A stretch of 63,299 nucleotides of DNA, counting the filler, from Actinomycetales bacterium (GTDB lineage: Bacteria; Actinomycetota; Actinomycetes; Actinomycetales; CAVURS01), in assembly GCA_045807245.1 (NCBI GenBank). It is 4 parts of 4 records of this genome, joined end to end, with 100 filler letters (N's around TTAATTAATTAA, not from the genome) between each part and the next. Parts side by side here need not be neighbours in the genome. Positions count along the whole stretch, not along the records: positions 19,885 to 27,931 come from JBJMHS010000017.1; positions 28,032 to 57,960 come from JBJMHS010000018.1; 2 more parts are not named here. One strand, 5' to 3'. Shown one piece after another: positions 20,151 to 29,570 of the stretch. How positions within the stretch are numbered: the first letter of the stretch is position 1; the number at the start of each line of letters is the position of its first letter. Under the pieces are notes generated by a model, which saw only the letters and a list, made by a program, of their open reading frames with translations, was not told where the DNA came from and searched no databases. The position numbers were made by a program, and so were the translations under genes.

Positions 20151-20630
20151 ATGCACTGTCCGTTCTGCCGTCATGGTGACTCCCGCGTGGTCGACAGCCG
20201 CACCGCCGACGACGGCACCGCGATCCGCCGGCGCCGCCAGTGCCCTGAGTGCGGGCGCCGGTTCACCACCGTGGAGACCGCGAGCCTGAGCGTGCTCAAA
20301 CGCTCCGGAGCGACCGAGCCGTTCAGCCGGGGCAAGGTCTTGGCCGGGGTCCGGAAGGCCTGCCAGGGCCGGCCGGTCAGCGAGGACGACCTCGCGCTGC
20401 TGGCCCAGCGGGTCGAGGAGACCGTCCGGTCGTCCGGACAGGCTGAGATCGACGCGCACGAGGTCGGCCTGGCCACCCTCGAGCCGCTGCGCGAGCTCGA
20501 CGAGGTCGCCTACCTGCGGTTCGCCTCGGTGTACCAGGCGTTCGAGTCGCTGGAGGACTTCGAGGGAGCCATCACCCTGCTGCGGGCCGAGCACACCCCG
20601 ACCGGGGTCGAGCCGGCGCCGCAGCCCTAG
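20151..20630 (+). CDS. nrdR: Ribonucleotide reductase repressor NrdR
   Basis: [22 protein letters not shown] Zn ribbon, ATP cone, [10 protein letters not shown]. Confidence 0.97.
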   Translation: MHCPFCRHGDSRVVDSRTADDGTAIRRRRQCPECGRRFTTVETASLSVLKRSGATEPFSRGKVLAGVRKACQGRPVSEDDLALLAQRVEETVRSSGQAEIDAHEVGLATLEPLRELDEVAYLRFASVYQAFESLEDFEGAITLLRAEHTPTGVEPAPQP

Positions 20631-20778
20631 ACGCCGGCGGCGGCAGGCGCTGGGGAAGGCATCTGCCGCCGACGGCCACCACGCAGACGCAGCAACGGAC
20701 AGACGCAGCAACAGACAGCCAGACACAGACAGAGCAGGACGCAGAGCAACAGCAGGTCCAGGAACTGAGGGGACGGGA

Positions 20779-23700
20779 ATGACGCAGACCACGAACGGCT
20801 CGGACACTCCATCTGTGGGGACGGGTGGAGCGCAGGCCAAGCGCAAGGCGGCCGGGGGACTGACCGTCGACCGCATCTACACCACGCCCGGCGTGCATCC
20901 GTACGACGAGGTGACCTGGGAGCGCCGCGACGTCGTCCAGCAGAACTGGAAGACGGGCGAGACGATCTTCGACCAGCATGGTGTGGAGTTCCCGAGCTTC
21001 TGGAGCGTCAACGCCTCCACGATCGTCACGACCAAGTACTTCCGCGGTGCGCTCGACACCCCGCAGCGCGAGTCGAGCCTGCGCCAGCTCATCGACCGCG
21101 TCGTCCTGACCTACGCGCGGGCCGGCCAGGAGCACGGCTACTTCGCGACGGAGGCGGACGCCGAGGTCTTCGAGCACGAGCTGACCTGGGCGTTGCTGCA
21201 CCAGGTCTTCAGCTTCAACTCGCCGGTCTGGTTCAACGTCGGCACCGACGCGCCGCAGCAGGTCAGCGCCTGCTTCATCCTGGCCGTCGACGACTCGATG
21301 GACTCGATCCTCACCTGGTACAAGGAGGAGGGGTTCATCTTCAAGGGCGGCTCCGGCGCGGGGCTGAACCTGTCCCGCATCCGCTCGTCCAAGGAGCTGC
21401 TCTCCAGCGGTGGCACGGCCTCCGGCCCGGTCAGCTTCATGCGCGGCGCCGACGCCAGCGCAGGCACGATCAAGTCCGGCGGTGCGACCCGGCGTGCGGC
21501 CAAGATGGTCGTCCTCGACGTGGACCACCCGGACATCGAGGAGTTCATCGAGACGAAGGCGCGTGAGGAGGACAAGATCCGCGTCCTGCGCGACGCCGGG
21601 TTCGACATGGACCTCGGCGGCCGGGACATCACGTCGGTCCAGTACCAGAACGCCAACAACTCGGTGCGGGTCACCGACGAGTTCATGCGCGCGGTCGAGG
21701 AGGGCAAGGACTTCGGCCTGCGTGCGCGCAAGACGCATGAGGTCATCGAGACGGTCGACGCCAAGGCGTTGTTCGACAAGATCGCCAAGGCGGCGTGGGA
21801 GTGTGCCGACCCGGGTATCCAGTACGACGACACGATCAACGACTGGCACACCAACCCCGAGACCGGCCGGATCACCGCGTCCAACCCCTGCTCGGAGTAC
21901 ATGTCGCTGGACAACTCCTCCTGCAACCTGGCCAGCCTGAACCTGTTGAAGTTCCTCAAGGACGACGACACCTTCGACAGTGAGACGTTCGCCAAGGTGG
22001 TCGAGCTGGTCATCACCGCGATGGACATCTCGATCTGCTTCGCGGACTTCCCGACCGAGGCGATCGGTGCGACGACGCGGGCCTACCGGCAGCTGGGCAT
22101 CGGCTACGCCAACCTCGGCGCGCTGCTCATGGCGACCGGCCTCGGCTACGACTCCGACGGTGGCCGGGCACTGGCGGCGGCGATCACGTCGCTCATGACC
22201 GGTACGGCGTACGCCCGCTCGGCCGAGCTGGCCGGCATCGTCGGCCCGTACGACGGGTACGCCCGCAACGCCGACGCCCACAAGCGGGTCATGCGCAAGC
22301 ATGCCGCCGCCAACGACGCCGTGCGCGCCGTCACCACGCTGGACACGGACGTGCACCGGGCCGCCACCAAGGCCTGGGACCGGGTCGTGAAGACGGGGGA
22401 GCGCAACGGGTTCCGCAACGCCCAGGCGTCCGTGCTCGCGCCCACCGGGACCATCGGCTTCATGATGGACTGCGACACGACGGGCATCGAGCCGGACTTC
22501 TCCCTGGTGAAGTTCAAGAAGCTCGTGGGCGGCGGCTCGATGCAGATCGTGAACCTCACGATCCCGCGGGCGCTGCGCAAGCTCGGCTACACCGAGGAGA
22601 CGTCCGAGGCGATCGTCGAGTACATCGCCGAGCACGGCCATGTCATCGATGCGCCCGGGCTGCGGCCCGAGCACTACGAGGTGTTCGACACGGCGATGGG
22701 CGAGCGCTCGATCGCGCCCATGGGTCACGTCCGGATGATGGCGGCGGCCCAGCCGTTCCTGTCCGGCGCGATCTCCAAGACGGTCAACCTCCCCGAGGAC
22801 GCCACCGTCGAGGACATCGAGGACGTCTACCTCCAGGGCTGGAAGCTGGGCCTGAAGGCGCTCGCGGTCTACCGCGACAACTGCAAGGTCGGCCAGCCGC
22901 TGTCCGACGCCAAGGCCAAGAAGGCCGACGCGACCAGCGACGTGGCGGAGGCGCCGGCCCCGGCAGTAGTGGTGGAGCACAAGCCGACCCGCAAGCGCCT
23001 GCCGAAGCGCCGCCCCAGCCAGACCACGTCGTTCTCCGTGGGCGGTGCCGAGGGTTACCTCACCGCCGGCTCGTACCCGGACGACGGCCTCGGCGAGATC
23101 TTCCTGAAGTTCGGCAAGCAAGGTTCGACGCTGGCCGGAGTGATGGACGCGTTCTCCGTCGCGGTGTCGGTGGCGCTCCAGTACGGCGTGCCGCTGGAGA
23201 CCTTCGTGGAGAAGTTCACGAACATGCGGTTCGAGCCGGCCGGCATGACGGACGACCCGGACGTTCGCATGGCCCAGTCCCTGATGGACTACGTGTTCCG
23301 TCGTCTTGCGCTGGACCACCTGGACTTCCAGACGCGTTCGTTCATGGGCATCCACACCGCCGAGGAGCGGGCTCGCCAGCTCGAGACCGGCTCCTACCAG
23401 CCGAACGATGACGTGGACGACGACGAGGCCGAGATCGCCGGCTACGCGTCGACGGCGGTGGTGAAGCAGGAGGCGAAGAAGGTCGACGCCCCCGCCGAGT
23501 CGGCGGAGGCCAAGGCGGAGCCGGAGGTCGCTGGTCATGACCACGACCACGACCACGGAGCTCAGGCCCAGGACGTCGAGGAGCACGTACACGCCGAGGA
23601 CATCACCTCGGGGGCCGGTGCGGCCTCGGCCAAGGCCGTGTCGGGCTCGGTGCACTCGTCGGCCGAGCTGATGGAGAAGCTCACCGGCAAGGCGTCCGAC

Positions 23701-23793
23701 GCGCCGATCTGCATGACGTGCGGCGTGAAGATGCGGGCCGCCGGATCCTGCTACGTGTGTGAGGGCTGCGGATCCACCAGCGGCTGCAGCTGA
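20779..23793 (+). CDS. nrdJ: Class II adenosylcobalamin-dependent ribonucleotide reductase
   Basis: SACFI, ASNPCSEY radical Cys, CNLAS, APTGT, GAISKTVN, C-terminal TSCPD-like and Zn-ribbon domains. Confidence 0.96.
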   Translation: MTQTTNGSDTPSVGTGGAQAKRKAAGGLTVDRIYTTPGVHPYDEVTWERRDVVQQNWKTGETIFDQHGVEFPSFWSVNASTIVTTKYFRGALDTPQRESSLRQLIDRVVLTYARAGQEHGYFATEADAEVFEHELTWALLHQVFSFNSPVWFNVGTDAPQQVSACFILAVDDSMDSILTWYKEEGFIFKGGSGAGLNLSRIRSSKELLSSGGTASGPVSFMRGADASAGTIKSGGATRRAAKMVVLDVDHPDIEEFIETKAREEDKIRVLRDAGFDMDLGGRDITSVQYQNANNSVRVTDEFMRAVEEGKDFGLRARKTHEVIETVDAKALFDKIAKAAWECADPGIQYDDTINDWHTNPETGRITASNPCSEYMSLDNSSCNLASLNLLKFLKDDDTFDSETFAKVVELVITAMDISICFADFPTEAIGATTRAYRQLGIGYANLGALLMATGLGYDSDGGRALAAAITSLMTGTAYARSAELAGIVGPYDGYARNADAHKRVMRKHAAANDAVRAVTTLDTDVHRAATKAWDRVVKTGERNGFRNAQASVLAPTGTIGFMMDCDTTGIEPDFSLVKFKKLVGGGSMQIVNLTIPRALRKLGYTEETSEAIVEYIAEHGHVIDAPGLRPEHYEVFDTAMGERSIAPMGHVRMMAAAQPFLSGAISKTVNLPEDATVEDIEDVYLQGWKLGLKALAVYRDNCKVGQPLSDAKAKKADATSDVAEAPAPAVVVEHKPTRKRLPKRRPSQTTSFSVGGAEGYLTAGSYPDDGLGEIFLKFGKQGSTLAGVMDAFSVAVSVALQYGVPLETFVEKFTNMRFEPAGMTDDPDVRMAQSLMDYVFRRLALDHLDFQTRSFMGIHTAEERARQLETGSYQPNDDVDDDEAEIAGYASTAVVKQEAKKVDAPAESAEAKAEPEVAGHDHDHDHGAQAQDVEEHVHAEDITSGAGAASAKAVSGSVHSSAELMEKLTGKASDAPICMTCGVKMRAAGSCYVCEGCGSTSGCS

Positions 23794-23803
23794 GCGCGGC
23801 GAC

Positions 23804-23842
23804 ACTGCGCCCCGGACTCCCCGACGGGAGCCGGGGCGCAGT
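23804..23842. terminator. GC-rich hairpin between convergent genes
   Basis: ACTGCGCCCCGG-ACTCCC-cgac-GGGAG-CCGGGGCGCAGT. Confidence 0.7.
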
Positions 23843-23856
23843 CGTCTATCGAGAGC

Positions 23857-24675
23857 TCATCCCATGTCCATCGTGCTGCTGGACGGGACGGTCAGGGCGG
23901 GAAGGGCATCGGGGGCGGCCAGCACCAGAGTGCCCAGCACCAGCAGTACCCCTGCCGTCCCGTAGGTGACCACCCGGCGCCAGGGGAGCGCCTTCTCGGC
24001 GGCGATGATCCCGGCCACCAGTGCCATCCACGCCACACTCATGACGCCCAGCGCGAAGAGCGCAGCCATCAACGCCCAGCAGCACCCGACGCACCAGGCC
24101 CCGTTCCTGGCCCCCATCCGCAGCGCGCCGCCGCGGCCGTCCCGCCACGAGCCGAGCAGAGCGCCGAGGGGGCTTCGGCACTTGCCCAAGCAGACGTCCT
24201 TGAACGGCGTGAGCTCGTAGACCGCCGCTGCGATCAGGGTGACGCCGGACAGCGTCCGGCCCGCGCTGTCCCAGCTGAGCCGCGAGCCGAGCGCGTGGGT
24301 CGCGGCCGTGCCGACAGCGAACGCCGCCACTCCCGCCGCCGCCCAGACCAGCAGGTAGCCGGAGACGAACAGCCAGGGCAGGAGATGCGAGCGCCCCTTC
24401 GTGACCCGGGCGTAGAGCGCGACGGTCGGCGCGACCGAGGGGAACATCATCGCGGCCATCATCACGACCCAGACCCCGAGGAACCAGCCGACGCTGCCCA
24501 GGGCCGTCCACGGTCCGGCATCCATCCCCTGCATCCGGTGCGCGGTCCACACCCAGCCGGCAGCGGCGACGGCGAACAGGGCCGCGATCAGGGCCAGGCG
24601 CGCCCGCGCGGCGGTGTAGAAGGGGACGAGGTCGTCCGCAGATGTTCGCAGCATGGCTGAGCTGCGGCCGCTCAC
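23857..24675 (-). CDS. DUF2182 predicted metal-binding integral membrane protein
   Basis: MMAAMMFP, K..CL..CR.P, CVGCCWALM, AEK motifs. Confidence 0.85.
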   Translation of the reverse strand: MSGRSSAMLRTSADDLVPFYTAARARLALIAALFAVAAAGWVWTAHRMQGMDAGPWTALGSVGWFLGVWVVMMAAMMFPSVAPTVALYARVTKGRSHLLPWLFVSGYLLVWAAAGVAAFAVGTAATHALGSRLSWDSAGRTLSGVTLIAAAVYELTPFKDVCLGKCRSPLGALLGSWRDGRGGALRMGARNGAWCVGCCWALMAALFALGVMSVAWMALVAGIIAAEKALPWRRVVTYGTAGVLLVLGTLVLAAPDALPALTVPSSSTMDMG

Positions 24676-25274
24676 GCCGCCCAGGAGAACTCCGACTTCG
24701 ACAGCCCGGTCTTGCCTTCGTAGGTGATGCCGAACGCGTTGATCCGGCTGCGCCTGGCCTCGGCCATCGTCAGGTCCGACCCGACCGGGTGGAACATCCC
24801 CTGGAACCGCACCGGCTCTCCGGACTCCACCCCGAACGGGACGATGTCCTGGATCTCGAAGTCGATCGAGTCGCCGACCCGGACCGTGTGCAACAGCCCG
24901 TCATCGCCGAACTCGATCGCGGCCCGCTCGACCCCGAGCATCTCGCCCACCAGCGGGGCCAGCGCTCCCATCGGCCCACCGAGCTGCCCGCCGAAGACCT
25001 GCACCAGCTTGTCGAACTGCTCGTCGCTGGCCTGGTCGTCGACGTACACACCGAGCCGCCAGTTCCCCTCGGTCATCACCTTCGGTGTGTCCGCGATCAG
25101 CACGACACGGCGGCCGGAGATGTCGGTGCCGTCGACCTGACCCTCCCGGACGTGGAAGGCCAGCGTCACCCGGCAGAAGTCATAGGTGGCACCGTGGTCC
25201 ATCGACATGTTGCAGGGGCACATCAGCTCACATGAGCAGGTCTCGACGTAGCTACCGGTGAGATTCCAGGCCAT
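24672..25274 (-). CDS. DUF1326 Cys-rich protein
   Basis: W.L.GSYVETCSCELMCPC, GNW...YVD..AS..Q, GG..GG. Confidence 0.85.
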   Translation of the reverse strand: MAWNLTGSYVETCSCELMCPCNMSMDHGATYDFCRVTLAFHVREGQVDGTDISGRRVVLIADTPKVMTEGNWRLGVYVDDQASDEQFDKLVQVFGGQLGGPMGALAPLVGEMLGVERAAIEFGDDGLLHTVRVGDSIDFEIQDIVPFGVESGEPVRFQGMFHPVGSDLTMAEARRSRINAFGITYEGKTGLSKSEFSWAA

Positions 25275-25338
25275 GGCGAACGCCTCCCGAAGGTTGGGCG
25301 GAGTCTGCTCTGTGCACGGCGGCCCGTCAACAGCGCTG

Positions 25339-26028
25339 CTAGGCCGGCCCGTACGCGTCGTGGTAGTTCCACCACTGGTACGCCGGCGTCTGGGGGTACC
25401 CCTCCGGGGAGTCCTCCCAGTCCTCCTGGCGACCCAGCGCGGTGATGTCGAGGTAGCTCCAGGTGCTGCCCATGGCCTCGTCGCCCCGGCTGTTGACGAG
25501 GTAGGTGCGGAACACGCTCTCGCCGTCGCGGATGAAGGCGTTGGTGCCGTGCCACTCGTCCACACCGAAGTCGGCGTCGAAGTCGTCGGTCAGGGTGTAC
25601 CAGGGGATCGCCTCCCAGCCCATCCGCGACTTCAGCCCTTGGATGTCCGCCTGCGGCGCCCGGGACACGAAGGCCAACGAGGTGTCGCGGGCGTTGAGGT
25701 GGGCCGGATGGGCGACCTGGTCCGCGACGAACGAACAGCCGACGCAGGCCCGCTCGGGATACGAACCACCCGAAGCGAACGTCGTGATGTCCGGCGCGTA
25801 GAAAGCGCGGTAGACGACCAGCTGCCGGCGGCCCTCGAACAGGTCCACCAGGCTGGCCGGCCCGTGCGGCCCGGTGAAGACGTAGTCCTTCTCCACGGCC
25901 ATCCACGGCATCCGCCGGCGCTGGGCGGCCATGGCGTCGCGCGCCCTGGTGAGCTCCTTCTCCTTCACCAGCAACTGCTCCCAGGCGGCCTGCCACTCGG
26001 CCGCGGAGACGACTGTCCGTTCCATCAT
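25339..26028 (-). CDS. DUF899 thioredoxin-like protein
   Basis: LLVKEKELTRARD, RRRMPW, LFEGRRQL, CVGCS, LDITALGRQE. Confidence 0.9.
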   Translation of the reverse strand: MMERTVVSAAEWQAAWEQLLVKEKELTRARDAMAAQRRRMPWMAVEKDYVFTGPHGPASLVDLFEGRRQLVVYRAFYAPDITTFASGGSYPERACVGCSFVADQVAHPAHLNARDTSLAFVSRAPQADIQGLKSRMGWEAIPWYTLTDDFDADFGVDEWHGTNAFIRDGESVFRTYLVNSRGDEAMGSTWSYLDITALGRQEDWEDSPEGYPQTPAYQWWNYHDAYGPA

Positions 26029-26040
26029 CGTGTTCCTCCT

Positions 26041-26580
26041 TCAGTGCGGGTGGGTTCGTCGCCACAACGACCGCGGGCCGGCATCGACCTCGCAGACCGT
26101 GCCGCCGGACAGGAGCACCCGGGCCAGCACCAAGGCCCCGGTCTCGCCCTCACCGGGCGGCGCGAGGGCCAGGCGAGGCTGCTCCAGCCAACGGGTAAAG
26201 CCCGGCTCCTCCGTGCCGTCCGCCGTGCCGTCCGCCGACACGTCCTCCGTGCCGTCCGCGGCGGGCACGAACGAGTCGGCCTGCTCGGCCCACGTCGCAG
26301 TCACGTCGAGCGAACCGTCGGGGTCGGTGTCATCACACGGCTCGAGATGTACGGCGTGGGGCAGGACGATCTCGCGGCCGAACCCGTCGATCGCCAGCCC
26401 AGGGCTGACCACGACCGTTGAGCCGTCGCCGGCAGTCACCTCCAGGCCGTGCACCACGCCGTGGCCGAGCAGCTGGTTGTGCAGGTAGCGCATCCGGCGG
26501 TGGTACTCCTGCTCCGCCTCCAGGTCCTCGGGCGTCAGCCGCTGGCCGGAGAAGAAGTGCACGCGTACCGGGTCCGTCAT
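26041..26580 (-). CDS. Hypothetical protein resembling the N-terminal anchor domain of eCIS/phage-tail fibre proteins
   Basis: R.HFFSGQRL..EDL.AEQEY.....LHN..L.HGVVHGLEV...VSPGLAIDGFGREIVL; AAGGGG upstream of ATG 26580. Confidence 0.6.
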   Translation of the reverse strand: MTDPVRVHFFSGQRLTPEDLEAEQEYHRRMRYLHNQLLGHGVVHGLEVTAGDGSTVVVSPGLAIDGFGREIVLPHAVHLEPCDDTDPDGSLDVTATWAEQADSFVPAADGTEDVSADGTADGTEEPGFTRWLEQPRLALAPPGEGETGALVLARVLLSGGTVCEVDAGPRSLWRRTHPH

Positions 26581-26674
26581 GTCATGCCCCTTGTGCGTCG
26601 GGCCGGAATGTCCGGAGCCTAGCCGTCGTTCACCGGGGTAGTTGCAAAGACAACAACATGGAAGAGTGAGGGAC

Positions 26675-27796
26675 ATGCAGTTCGGAGTGTTCTCGGTCAG
26701 CGACATCACGACCGACCCGACGACCGGCCGGACGCCCAGCGAGGGGGACCGCATCAAGGCCGTCATCGCGATCGCGAAGAAGGCCGAAGAGGTCGGCCTG
26801 GACGTCTTCGCCCTCGGCGAGCACCACAACCCGCCGTTCTTCTCCTCCTCGCCGACCACCACCCTGGCCAACATCGCAGCGCAGACCAGCACCCTGCAGC
26901 TCTCGACCGCGACCACACTGATCACGACCAACGACCCGGTGAAGATCGCCGAGGACTACTCGATGCTCCAGCACCTGGCCGACGGGCGCGTCGACCTCAT
27001 GCTGGGTCGTGGCAACACCGGCCCGGTCTACCCGTGGTTCGGCCAGGACATCCGCAACGGCATCCCGCTGGCCGTCGAGAACTACGCGCTGCTGCGCCGG
27101 CTCTGGGACGAGGAGGTCGTGGACTGGAAGGGCCGCTTCCGCACCCCGCTGCAGGGCTTCACCTCCACTCCGCGCCCGCTGGACGGTGTGGCGCCGTTCG
27201 TCTGGCACGGCTCGATCCGCAGCCCGGAGATCGCCGAGCAGGCGGCGTACTACGGCGACGGCTTCTTCCACAACCACATCTTCTGGCCGCCCGAGCACAC
27301 CCGGCAGATGGTCGAGCTCTACCGGCGCCGGTTCGAGCACTACGGCCACGGCGCGGCCGACCAGGCCATCGTGGGTCTCGGCGGTCAGGTGTTCATGAGG
27401 GCGAACAGCCAGGACGCCGTACGGGAGTTCCGGCCGTACTTCGACAACGCACCGGTCTACGGACATGGACCCTCGTTGGAGGAGTTCAGCCGCGAGACGC
27501 CGCTCACCGTTGGCAGCCCGCAGCAGGTGATCGAGCGGACCCTCGGCTTCCGGGACTACGTCGGCGACTACCAGCGGCAGCTGTTCCTGGTCGACCACGC
27601 CGGACTGCCACTGAAGACCGTGCTCGAGCAGATGGACATCCTCGGCGAGGAGGTCGTGCCGGTACTGCGCCGTGAGTTCGCCGCGCTCAAGCCGGCCCAC
27701 GTGCCCGAGGCGCCCACGCACGCGTCGCTCGTGGCCGCGCAGCGGGCCACCGTCGAGCAGGCGGTTGCCCGCTCCGAGCAGGTAGTGGCTCCATGA
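26675..27796 (+). CDS. LLM-class flavin-dependent oxidoreductase (CE1758-like)
   Basis: GEHHNPPF, TTNDPVKIAED, GRGNT, WHGSIRS. Confidence 0.9.
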   Translation: MQFGVFSVSDITTDPTTGRTPSEGDRIKAVIAIAKKAEEVGLDVFALGEHHNPPFFSSSPTTTLANIAAQTSTLQLSTATTLITTNDPVKIAEDYSMLQHLADGRVDLMLGRGNTGPVYPWFGQDIRNGIPLAVENYALLRRLWDEEVVDWKGRFRTPLQGFTSTPRPLDGVAPFVWHGSIRSPEIAEQAAYYGDGFFHNHIFWPPEHTRQMVELYRRRFEHYGHGAADQAIVGLGGQVFMRANSQDAVREFRPYFDNAPVYGHGPSLEEFSRETPLTVGSPQQVIERTLGFRDYVGDYQRQLFLVDHAGLPLKTVLEQMDILGEEVVPVLRREFAALKPAHVPEAPTHASLVAAQRATVEQAVARSEQVVAP

Positions 27797-27931
27797 CGAC
27801 CCGCGCCCTGGCCGTCGTCAGCGCCGGACTGTCGGTGCCGTCGTCGACCCGGCTACTGGCGGACCGGCTGACCGCGGCCACCGTTGCGGCCCTGGACGAA
27901 CGAGGCGTGTCCGCCACGGTCGAGGTCGTCG
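27793..27931 (+). CDS. NADPH-dependent FMN reductase (CE1759-like), 3' truncated
   Basis: VVSAGLSVPSSTRLLADRL; ATGA overlap with the LLM gene. Confidence 0.8.
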
Positions 27932-28031
27932 NNNNNNNNNNNNNNNNNNNNNNNNNNNNNNNNNNNNNNNNNNNNTTAATTAATTAANNNNNNNNNNNNN
28001 NNNNNNNNNNNNNNNNNNNNNNNNNNNNNNN
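27932..28031. other. Artificial contig linker
   Basis: N44-TTAATTAATTAA-N44. Confidence 0.99.
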
Positions 28032-28032
28032 G

Positions 28033-28482
28033 CGGGCGGCGCCGGAGGGTGACTGGTTCGTCGGAACCGACTCTCTGCCAACGGCTTTCGTCGAAGCGAT
28101 GGACGACGACCTCAACGTCTCCGGTGCCTTGGCCGCCATCCATGACACCGTCCGCGCCGGCAACACGGCGCTGGACGAGGGCGACGACCCGGTCGTGACG
28201 GACGCGTTCGCGGCGACCGTCGCGATGACTGACGTGCTCGGCATCAACCCGCTCGACGAGCGGTGGGCCGGAGCAGCCGCAGCGGACACCCGGGCAGCGG
28301 ACGCGCTCGACACGCTGGTGTCGGCCGAGCTGGCGGAACGCCAGGCCGCGCGGGCCCGCCGTGACTTCGCCGCGGCCGACGCCATCCGCGACCGGCTCAC
28401 TGCCGCCGGGGTCGAGATCGAGGACACGGCCGCCGGTGCCCGCTGGGCGCTGACCCGCCAGAGTGACGGCGACGACCTCTGA
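28033..28482 (+). CDS. cysS: Cysteinyl-tRNA synthetase, C-terminal part
   Basis: F..AMDDDLN..ALA (DALR domain), ARARRDFAAADAIRD.L...G..IED; precedes rlmB. Confidence 0.9.
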   Translation, partial: RAAPEGDWFVGTDSLPTAFVEAMDDDLNVSGALAAIHDTVRAGNTALDEGDDPVVTDAFAATVAMTDVLGINPLDERWAGAAAADTRAADALDTLVSAELAERQAARARRDFAAADAIRDRLTAAGVEIEDTAAGARWALTRQSDGDDL

Positions 28483-29471
28483 TGGCTGGCAACTCGCAGC
28501 GCCGCGGAGCCGTCCGCAAGGCCGGCTCCAAGAAAGGCCAGGTCGTCGGGTCCGGTGGCCAGAAGCCCAAACGCCTGAAGGGCAAGGGCCCGACGCCCAA
28601 GGCCACGGAACGGCCCAAGCACCCGGCCGCCCGCAAGGCCGCCGCGGCAGCGCGCCGGAACGCTGCGACTTCGACCCGCTCGGGAGGGCGAGGTGGTGGC
28701 CGCGGGGGTTCGAGCCGCAAGGGTGGCGGCAGTGAGTGGGTGTTCGGGCGCAATGCCGTCGTGGAGGCCTTGCGAGCCGGGGTGCCGATCATGACGATGT
28801 ACGTTGCGAACCGGATCGATACCGACGATCGCGTGCGCGAGGCCCTTAAAACCGCTGCTGCGCAAGGGTTCCCGCTGCTGGAGGTGCAGCGGCTCGAGCT
28901 TGACCGGTTGAGCGACGACGGGGTGCATCAGGGACTGGCGATCCAGGTGCCGGCGTACGAGTACGCGCACCCGGACGATGTGCTTGCCGCGGCGGCCGAG
29001 CACGACGAAGCCGCTCTGGTGGTGGCCCTCGACGGCGTCACCGACCCGCGGAACCTGGGTGCCGTCGTACGGTCGGCCGGCGCGTTCGGTGCCCACGGTG
29101 TCGTCGTACCGGAACGTCGTTCGGCCGGTATGACCGCCGCCGCCTGGAAGGTCTCGGCCGGAGCCGCGGCACGCGTGCCGGTCGCCCGGGTGGCCAACCT
29201 CACCCGGGCGCTGGAGTCGTTCAAGGAGGCCGGCTGCTTCGTCGTCGGGCTGGACGCTGGAGGCGAGCTCGACCTGCCGTTGCTCGACATCGTGCACGAG
29301 CCCCTGGTGCTGGTCGTGGGGTCCGAGGGGCGCGGGCTGTCGCGGCTGGTGCGGGACACCTGCGACCTGGTGGTGAGCATCCCGATGTCGGCGTCGACCG
29401 AGTCGCTGAACGCCGGCGTGGCCGCCGGGGTCGCGCTCTACGAGGTCGCGCGCCGGCGGGCCCACCACTGA
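28482..29471 (+). CDS. rlmB: 23S rRNA G2251 2'-O-methyltransferase (TrmH/SpoU family)
   Basis: HQG, DGVTDPRNLGAVVRS, GSEGRG, SIPM..ESLNA. Confidence 0.93.
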   Translation: MAGNSQRRGAVRKAGSKKGQVVGSGGQKPKRLKGKGPTPKATERPKHPAARKAAAAARRNAATSTRSGGRGGGRGGSSRKGGGSEWVFGRNAVVEALRAGVPIMTMYVANRIDTDDRVREALKTAAAQGFPLLEVQRLELDRLSDDGVHQGLAIQVPAYEYAHPDDVLAAAAEHDEAALVVALDGVTDPRNLGAVVRSAGAFGAHGVVVPERRSAGMTAAAWKVSAGAAARVPVARVANLTRALESFKEAGCFVVGLDAGGELDLPLLDIVHEPLVLVVGSEGRGLSRLVRDTCDLVVSIPMSASTESLNAGVAAGVALYEVARRRAHH

Positions 29472-29479
29472 TCGTCGTA

Positions 29480-29555
29480 CCCCCCGAAAGCCGCTGCGGA
29501 GGCCGGAATCGACCTCCCGCAGCGGCTTTCGGAGGGCAAAGCGGCTTTCGGGGGG
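29480..29555. repeat. REP-like inverted repeat with one left arm and two right arms
   Basis: CCGAAAGCCGCT at ~29484 pairs with AGCGGCTTTCGG at ~29521 and ~29540. Confidence 0.7.
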
Positions 29556-29570
29556 CACCCAAGCTGGGGG

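Noticed and set aside
20631..20778. Cobalamin riboswitch or CRISPR array before nrdJ
   Set aside because: No B12-box; repeats are short, irregular and lack spacers; no cas genes
20572..23805. 1077-aa minus-strand ORF
   Set aside because: Antisense shadow of nrdJ caused by high-GC codon bias
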